Shown piece by piece: positions 58,481 to 64,000 of a DNA stretch of 64,000 nt. Location: positions 1-64,000 of the IMG/VR virus record IMGVR_UViG_3300045988_087270; one strand, 5' to 3'. Each line of letters opens with the position of its first letter. The first letter of the stretch is position 1. Position numbers and translations under genes: made by a program. The notes under the pieces were generated by a model. It had not been told where the DNA came from, made no database searches, and was given only the letters and a program-made list of their open reading frames with translations. The stretch comes from a virus.

Positions 58481-58714
58481 ATGGAAATAACTTACATTGG
58501 TAACGACTATTCACTATATATCGACGGCAAAGAATTCGTTGATATAGATTACGACAAACAAAAAGAAATTTGTCATAAATTAGTAGATAAAGTTTCCGAA
58601 GGAGTTTTACAAAGATTTGTAGAAATTGCTTGCACTGGAATGGGTGAGTATGAACAATTAGATTATTGTGAAACTCATGGAGAATTTGTTGATAAATATG
58701 TAATAAACATATGA
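58481..58714 (+). CDS. hypothetical protein
   Basis: Internal ATG (MEITYIGNDY...) of track ORF 58424-58714, which otherwise overlaps polA exon 3. Confidence 0.4.
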   Translation: MEITYIGNDYSLYIDGKEFVDIDYDKQKEICHKLVDKVSEGVLQRFVEIACTGMGEYEQLDYCETHGEFVDKYVINI

Positions 58715-58856
58715 CATTTATTATAACTAATAAAGATGGTTCTAGAACTCAATATTCTAACCATTATGAAGAAGATGACGAAATGGAAGTAGATGCTGCA
58801 TGGGATGATGTATATGCAACATTCCCTGAAGCTGATTATATTGAGCGATTTTAATT

Positions 58857-59072
58857 ATGACTAGTAATTCACCAACGTTGATGCAATCTGAAGAGAGATT
58901 TTTAGATAATCTTAACACAGATATTCCTTTGGAAGAAAAAGATTATACAATATGTTTTTGTATAAGTAAACAAATTTCTACAACTGATATTGAAGATATT
59001 TGTAGATCTTTACAAAATCAATTTTTAGATGAAGGGTGGAGCATTGATGATTTTGATTTAGAAGAAGAATGA
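58857..59072 (+). CDS. acidic hypothetical protein
   Basis: 71 aa. Confidence 0.4.
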   Translation: MTSNSPTLMQSEERFLDNLNTDIPLEEKDYTICFCISKQISTTDIEDICRSLQNQFLDEGWSIDDFDLEEE

Positions 59073-59151
59073 GTAAATTAATTATATGTATAAGTATACC
59101 TACATTAGGTATCCAATAATTTTATAATAATTATAAAGATATATCCTTTAT

Positions 59152-59946
59152 ATGGTAGATAATTTTAATATATTTGCTCCTTGGTTTGATAATCTCTCAG
59201 ACCAAGGAGATTTTTACTTTGTACAAGTAATACAAAGAAAAAAAGAATGTAATATAGGTAGTAATAATAATGTAATTAAAGATTATCATTTCTTTGATAA
59301 AAAATCTTTTTTAAATAAGAAAGAAGAAATAATTACATTATGTAAAACTTTTAATGCTAGAGCATATTTTTGGATAAACCCTAGAAATTGTAAACAAGTA
59401 CAATACGAGATAATTAGAGAGGCTCTAGAAGCTATAGAATGTAATTCTAAAAAGTTATTTAAATGTGTCTCTAAATCAATAGGTCAGAGAAGAAATACTG
59501 ATTATAAATCTAAATGGATATTAGATTTTGATACTAAAGATTGGAATCTTATAAATAACTATTTAGATTTAGTTAGGGAATGTAGACCTTACACAAATAT
59601 AATATTATACTATGTTCCTACAGTAAATGGCATTCATGTAATTACTCTGGGATTTGACTTAGAGCAATTTAAACAAAAAGTAGCTATAGCTAAACTAGAT
59701 AATATAGATATACACAAAGATAATCCATCAGTATTATATTATGATGATATTACAAGAGCTTCTGATAATTTAAATAATACTGTAAAAATTGATAAGGATA
59801 CTCTTTTAAAGTTAATTAGAAACTCTGAGAAATTATCAACATTAGAAGAGTGGGGAGTAGATAATTGGATAAATTATGGTGAAGCCATGCAATATTTGGA
59901 TGATTCACCTGATGAAGTGTTACTTAAACAATATTTAGATGATTGA
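59152..59946 (+). CDS. hypothetical protein
   Basis: 264 aa. Confidence 0.5.
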   Translation: MVDNFNIFAPWFDNLSDQGDFYFVQVIQRKKECNIGSNNNVIKDYHFFDKKSFLNKKEEIITLCKTFNARAYFWINPRNCKQVQYEIIREALEAIECNSKKLFKCVSKSIGQRRNTDYKSKWILDFDTKDWNLINNYLDLVRECRPYTNIILYYVPTVNGIHVITLGFDLEQFKQKVAIAKLDNIDIHKDNPSVLYYDDITRASDNLNNTVKIDKDTLLKLIRNSEKLSTLEEWGVDNWINYGEAMQYLDDSPDEVLLKQYLDD

Positions 59947-60454
59947 TTTTGAAACTAAAAAAGTACTGTTCATTGATTTGGACAGTACTTTAATTAAGAC
60001 TATCTCAGGTAAAACATTTCCTGAAGACATTAGTGATTTTAGAATACAACTTCCTGTATTAAATAAAATAATAGAGAAGATGCCTAATCTTAAAAGATTC
60101 CTTATAGTAACTAATCAAGGTGGTTTAAAAAGTACTACAGCCGAGTGGGATTTTAAAGCTAAATTATATTCTATAGAGTATTTTTGTAATACGTATTTAG
60201 ATAATAGGCTTTCTAATTATAGCTGTTCTGATAGTATGTATTGTTCTTCTATGGACAAAACAAATCCCTATAGAAAACCCAATACTGCAATGCTAGAAAG
60301 TTTATCTGGAGAATGGAATATAAAATCTAAAGATGAATGTATTATGATAGGAGATGCTTCTGGCAAACCTGGAGATTTTTCAGATTCAGATAAGAAGTGT
60401 GCTGAGAATTTTGGCATAGACTATATTGATATTAGAGACTTTTTAGAATTATGA
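59939..60454 (+). CDS. HAD-family phosphatase (polynucleotide 3'-phosphatase-like)
   Basis: DxDxT motif FIDLDSTLIKT, VTNQGG, MIGDASGKPGD. Confidence 0.55.
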   Translation: MIDFETKKVLFIDLDSTLIKTISGKTFPEDISDFRIQLPVLNKIIEKMPNLKRFLIVTNQGGLKSTTAEWDFKAKLYSIEYFCNTYLDNRLSNYSCSDSMYCSSMDKTNPYRKPNTAMLESLSGEWNIKSKDECIMIGDASGKPGDFSDSDKKCAENFGIDYIDIRDFLEL

Positions 60455-60825
60455 AATTAAGATTAGACGAATATTATTATATACTTAATGCTGATTATGG
60501 ATTAGAAGAAATAGAAGACTATATGCCTGAGGATATAGCAGACAAATATTTAGAATTTTGTAAATCCCATAATTCAGATGAAGTAGATGATTATTTAAAA
60601 AGATTATATTCGTATATACAGGTAATAAATCTAGAATATACTATTCTTGATATTGATTCAGAAAAAGGTTATACTGAATACAAGGCAATTATAAAAGTTA
60701 ATAATAAGTATTATTCTTTTAATTATTATCAAAGTCCATATTGGAATTTTGAAGACGAGGTAGATGCAGATAAAGATTTAATAGAAGTATTTCCAAAAGA
60801 AGTAACTACAGTTATATATGTATAA
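60451..60825 (+). CDS. hypothetical protein
   Basis: 124 aa. Confidence 0.45.
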   Translation: MKLRLDEYYYILNADYGLEEIEDYMPEDIADKYLEFCKSHNSDEVDDYLKRLYSYIQVINLEYTILDIDSEKGYTEYKAIIKVNNKYYSFNYYQSPYWNFEDEVDADKDLIEVFPKEVTTVIYV

Positions 60826-60867
60826 GAGATAAAAATATTGTTAGACAATTTTTTAAAACGACAAAAA

Positions 60868-61314
60868 ATGAAGAAAATTTTTATTTTTCTAGTAGCTATG
60901 GCGTGCTTAACGTCTTGTAAAGAACAGTTTTCTAATGGAGAACGTGTTGGTACTGTAACTAAGTTTAGTAAAGCAGGAGTTTTCTGGGATTCATGGGATG
61001 GGTTACTTAATGTTACCCAAACTGGTATGAATTCTAGTGGAGAACCATTTGCTTTTTCAATGGATAATGATCGTAATGACCAACAAAAACTTATTAATAC
61101 TTTAATTAAAGCTCAGGTAGAAGGTTGGAAAGTTAAGATTAAATATCACCAAGTTTGGGGATGCAAAAATGTGTTTAAAAATAGAGGAGAGAGTGATTAC
61201 TTTGTAGATGATGTAATTATTCTTGATAAGAACTTCTCAAAAATTGGAGATATTGTAAAGGGAACTAATAAAACAGCTCCTCATGACACATTATATGTAA
61301 AAATAGTTAAGTAA
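60868..61314 (+). CDS. lipoprotein
   Basis: MKKIFIFLVAMACLTSC signal with lipobox; the track ORF starts 30 nt upstream. Confidence 0.5.
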   Translation: MKKIFIFLVAMACLTSCKEQFSNGERVGTVTKFSKAGVFWDSWDGLLNVTQTGMNSSGEPFAFSMDNDRNDQQKLINTLIKAQVEGWKVKIKYHQVWGCKNVFKNRGESDYFVDDVIILDKNFSKIGDIVKGTNKTAPHDTLYVKIVK

Positions 61315-61315
61315 T

Positions 61316-62191
61316 ATGAAATTAATTAAACAAAGTTTTCAACTTGTAGACCAAAAAGGTTTTACTTTAAGAGACATTTATAAACATATTGAGTATTGTG
61401 CCCGTATTAGTTACAAGAGTCAAGAAAAGATTACAGATACCTCTTATAAGAAGTTTGTAATTATGTTAAAATCTAGAGGGCACGATAGACCTCTTGAGTT
61501 TGGAACTGTGCATCTTAAAATGAGCAGTCCCCAATTTGATGCTTTACAAATGCTTCTTATTAAAAATAAAGTTTATAATGATTGCTGGATTAAATATAAC
61601 GTTATAGATACAGAGAAGGAAAGCATTTGTTATATAACTACTAATTATAGATACTATATGGAATTATGTAGATATGACAGGGGAGTTTCTGAATACTTAG
61701 ATCCCTCTGATAATCCACTCTATCCTAGGAGATATACAGTTCACATGATTCTTGATCGTGGAGTTATGGATGAGTTCAGAACTCACGTAGGATTGTCTCA
61801 CTTAGCTGAAAGCACGCGGTATTGCAACTATTCTAAAGACAAGTTTAATAATGAGGTTACTTTTGTTATTCCAAGTTGGTGTAACTCTCTCATAGAGGGG
61901 TCTAAACAAGAATACTCTCCATTTGAAATAAATGGGGATGAAGTGGAATTTATGAATGCGTTACAAAACGCCCAAAATTCCTACTTATCTCTTTTAAAGA
62001 TGGGTTGGACTCCTCAGCAAGCTCGTTCTGTACTTCCTCTAGGAATTAAGTCTGAACTTATTTCCTGTGGATTTGAAGACGCATGGAAGAATTTCTTCTA
62101 TCGTAGAGATGCCCCTGATGCCCATCCTATGGCACAAGAAATAGCTAAACCAATGCACCAAAAATTCATTGAATTAATTAAAATGGGATGA
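61316..62191 (+). CDS. thyX: flavin-dependent thymidylate synthase ThyX
   Basis: ThyX motif RTHVGLSHLAESTRY (RHRxxSxxxxSxR). Confidence 0.7.
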   Translation: MKLIKQSFQLVDQKGFTLRDIYKHIEYCARISYKSQEKITDTSYKKFVIMLKSRGHDRPLEFGTVHLKMSSPQFDALQMLLIKNKVYNDCWIKYNVIDTEKESICYITTNYRYYMELCRYDRGVSEYLDPSDNPLYPRRYTVHMILDRGVMDEFRTHVGLSHLAESTRYCNYSKDKFNNEVTFVIPSWCNSLIEGSKQEYSPFEINGDEVEFMNALQNAQNSYLSLLKMGWTPQQARSVLPLGIKSELISCGFEDAWKNFFYRRDAPDAHPMAQEIAKPMHQKFIELIKMG

Positions 62192-62430
62192 TTATCTTAA
62201 TTATAATATACATAGCATCAATTATAGGGGCTATAATAAGTATTAGATACGATGATATCATATTTAATAAGAAACCTTGGACATTATTTTTAGTATTTTT
62301 TCCAGGAGCTAATACAGGTCTATTTATATTAGAATTATTTTTCCAATTATCATTATTGTTTGATATGATTACACAATTAGATTTAGATGAAAAATTTTAT
62401 AAATTAATTAGATTAGGACGAAAAGAATGA
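62188..62430 (+). CDS. small membrane protein
   Basis: Two TM helices. Confidence 0.4.
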   Translation: MIILIIIYIASIIGAIISIRYDDIIFNKKPWTLFLVFFPGANTGLFILELFFQLSLLFDMITQLDLDEKFYKLIRLGRKE

Positions 62431-62636
62431 ACCAATTAATTCCTGTTAGTTTATCATATAAAATAAGACCTTTTGATGCCATGGATGGACTATCTTCGGA
62501 CGCATCCTATAACATTCTGCCAGAATTCAATGGAGTTACTGCGGTATATTCTAATAGAAAAACTAATATAGATATTTTAGGAGCTAATAAAAATAGCTTC
62601 GATAAATCTTTAACAATATTTTATATTAATGTATAG
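62427..62636 (+). CDS. hypothetical protein
   Basis: 69 aa. Confidence 0.35.
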   Translation: MNQLIPVSLSYKIRPFDAMDGLSSDASYNILPEFNGVTAVYSNRKTNIDILGANKNSFDKSLTIFYINV

Positions 62637-63711
62637 TAATACAATACAAGCTAGAATAGAAGCAACATTAAAAGAATTATATAAAGTACATGATACTGTA
62701 TTTAAACCAGCAGTTATGTATGCTATGTATAGTAATATACGTGCTTATTTTATAATATTAGATAAGAATAATAAAGCACAACTTTTAAATGCTTTTAATC
62801 CTAGAGTAGTAAAACATAAAGATAAATTAGAATTAGACAATGTAACTGAAAGTCCTCGTATTTATCAAGAATATTTTATAAAAGAATTTTCTGATAATGT
62901 AGATTATGGTATTTATATTGACGAAGATGAAATAGGTCATTATTTTACAGCATATGGAGAAGTTCAAATATTCAGTACTTATATTCAAGTAAATTATAAC
63001 GATTATAAGCAGGCTGAAAAACTTTTAGAATTTGTAAAACCATTACCTGAGGATACTGATAAAATTGTAACTTACGATTTAGTGGTATCTACTAATACAG
63101 GATTTAGTACTACAGAATGTACAAGTTCTAGAAATATTGATATTGATGTAAAAAAGAACTACAATGATGATTTACCTTATGATAAATATAAAGAATTCTG
63201 TGAAAAAGACGGTTCTGGTTTAGCTCTAATGTACGGAATTGCTGGAAGTGGAAAGACGAGCCTCATAAAAAAGCTTATTTATGACTGTTCTGATACTAAT
63301 TTCTATATAATGGATTTTTCTATGTTACAAAATATAGTTTCAGGACAATTTTTATCTTTTCTTTTAGGATTAAAGAATGCTGTAATCATAATGGAAGATT
63401 GTGAGTATATATTAAAACGTAGAGATACTCATGAGAATCCGCTGATTAATTCTCTTTTAAATATTACAGATGGATTAGTTGGTGATGCTTTAAATATACG
63501 ATTTTTATGTACTTTTAACGCAGCATTAACAGATATAGATGAGGCTTTATTAAGACCTGGAAGACTCAAAGTAAAATATGAGTTTAAAGCCTTAAATAAA
63601 GATAAAACTAAAGCTATATGTGGAGATGATAAAGCTGAAACTTTAGCAGAAATTTATAACAGAGATATAATAGATTTCAATAAAAAAGAAAAAAGAAAGA
63701 TTGGTTTTTAA
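62629..63711 (+). CDS. AAA ATPase
   Basis: Walker A GIAGSGKTS, Walker B IIMEDCEYIL, second region of homology ALLRPGRLKVKYEF. Confidence 0.6.
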   Translation: MYSNTIQARIEATLKELYKVHDTVFKPAVMYAMYSNIRAYFIILDKNNKAQLLNAFNPRVVKHKDKLELDNVTESPRIYQEYFIKEFSDNVDYGIYIDEDEIGHYFTAYGEVQIFSTYIQVNYNDYKQAEKLLEFVKPLPEDTDKIVTYDLVVSTNTGFSTTECTSSRNIDIDVKKNYNDDLPYDKYKEFCEKDGSGLALMYGIAGSGKTSLIKKLIYDCSDTNFYIMDFSMLQNIVSGQFLSFLLGLKNAVIIMEDCEYILKRRDTHENPLINSLLNITDGLVGDALNIRFLCTFNAALTDIDEALLRPGRLKVKYEFKALNKDKTKAICGDDKAETLAEIYNRDIIDFNKKEKRKIGF

Positions 63712-63910
63712 ATTATCAGATAAGGAGTGTCAAGCAGCTAAAGAGTTTATAAAAGAACATAATAAGCAGTGTGACACTCCTTATTCAGGAGCTAATGGTT
63801 GTCCAAAATTTAGTTATATATTTTCACCTTTTGGACTAGGTACTTTTGTAGGAATAAGATGTAATGTTTGTAAGAATGAAAAGGATATAACTGATATTGA
63901 TACATGGTAA
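63701..63910 (+). CDS. small Cys-rich hypothetical protein
   Basis: 69 aa with CxxC pairs. Confidence 0.4.
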   Translation: MVFKLSDKECQAAKEFIKEHNKQCDTPYSGANGCPKFSYIFSPFGLGTFVGIRCNVCKNEKDITDIDTW

Positions 63911-64000
63911 TAATAGGAATTTCTGGAAAAGCTACTTCAGGTAAAGACACTATAGCTAATTATTATAGTAGATTTAGTAAAGCGCATTGTACTACTTTAC

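Noticed and set aside
1-64000. All minus-strand ORFs in the track (e.g. 165-353, 8064-8426, 21650-22018, 31749-32102)
   Set aside because: Each lies antisense to a longer, motif-bearing + strand ORF and has low-complexity composition. The window is uniformly + strand coded.
1-64000. CRISPR arrays or integrase/transposase-type mobile elements
   Set aside because: No regularly spaced direct repeats and no integrase or transposase signatures. The mobile elements present are introns and homing endonucleases.

Overview
The window reads as one contiguous, AT-rich (~30% GC) segment of a large virulent dsDNA phage genome. Every convincing gene lies on the + strand, the ORFs are tightly packed with frequent ATGA/TAATG start-stop overlaps, and none of the minus-strand ORFs in the track looks real. 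The content is a replication and nucleotide-metabolism module:
- AAA+ ATPases, an SF2 DEAH helicase, a DnaB-like helicase, a TOPRIM primase, a putative SSB, a Dda-like SF1 helicase, an ATP-dependent DNA ligase and a family-A DNA polymerase;
- anaerobic ribonucleotide reductase NrdD with thioredoxin and NrdG, plus ThyX, dUTPase, RNase H, a phosphoribosyltransferase, three metallophosphoesterases and two HAD phosphatases;
- a sigma-70 family factor, an SPFH/flotillin protein, and a six-tRNA cluster.

The most striking property is the density of self-splicing introns and homing endonucleases. I infer eight intervening sequences from exact reconstitution of conserved protein motifs across the gaps:
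- three group I introns in nrdD, each carrying an HNH endonuclease ORF and leaving a 49-nt mini-exon;
- two in polA, one a 272-nt ORF-less td-like intron with recognisable P/Q/R/S boxes, the other carrying a LAGLIDADG ORF;
- a family of three related introns inserted at the identical GGT^AAA (Gly-Lys) site of three different genes (AAA ATPase P-loop, SF2 helicase P-loop, a metallophosphoesterase), two with LAGLIDADG ORFs. They share a 3' hairpin that shows compensatory base changes between copies.

A free-standing GIY-YIG endonuclease and a free-standing HNH endonuclease are also present.

The second notable pattern is in-frame stops. Three homing-endonuclease genes contain in-frame stops that are all TAG (six of six: four in the HNH at 13889-14605, one in the LAGLIDADG at 5185-6237, one in the HNH at 40970-41407). 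Their conserved catalytic motifs remain in frame downstream. In a 30% GC genome this points to amber read-through or TAG-as-sense rather than random decay. No CUA-anticodon tRNA is visible in this window.

The tRNA cluster also contains a type-II (Ser-like body, G73) tRNA whose anticodon loop reads GUU.
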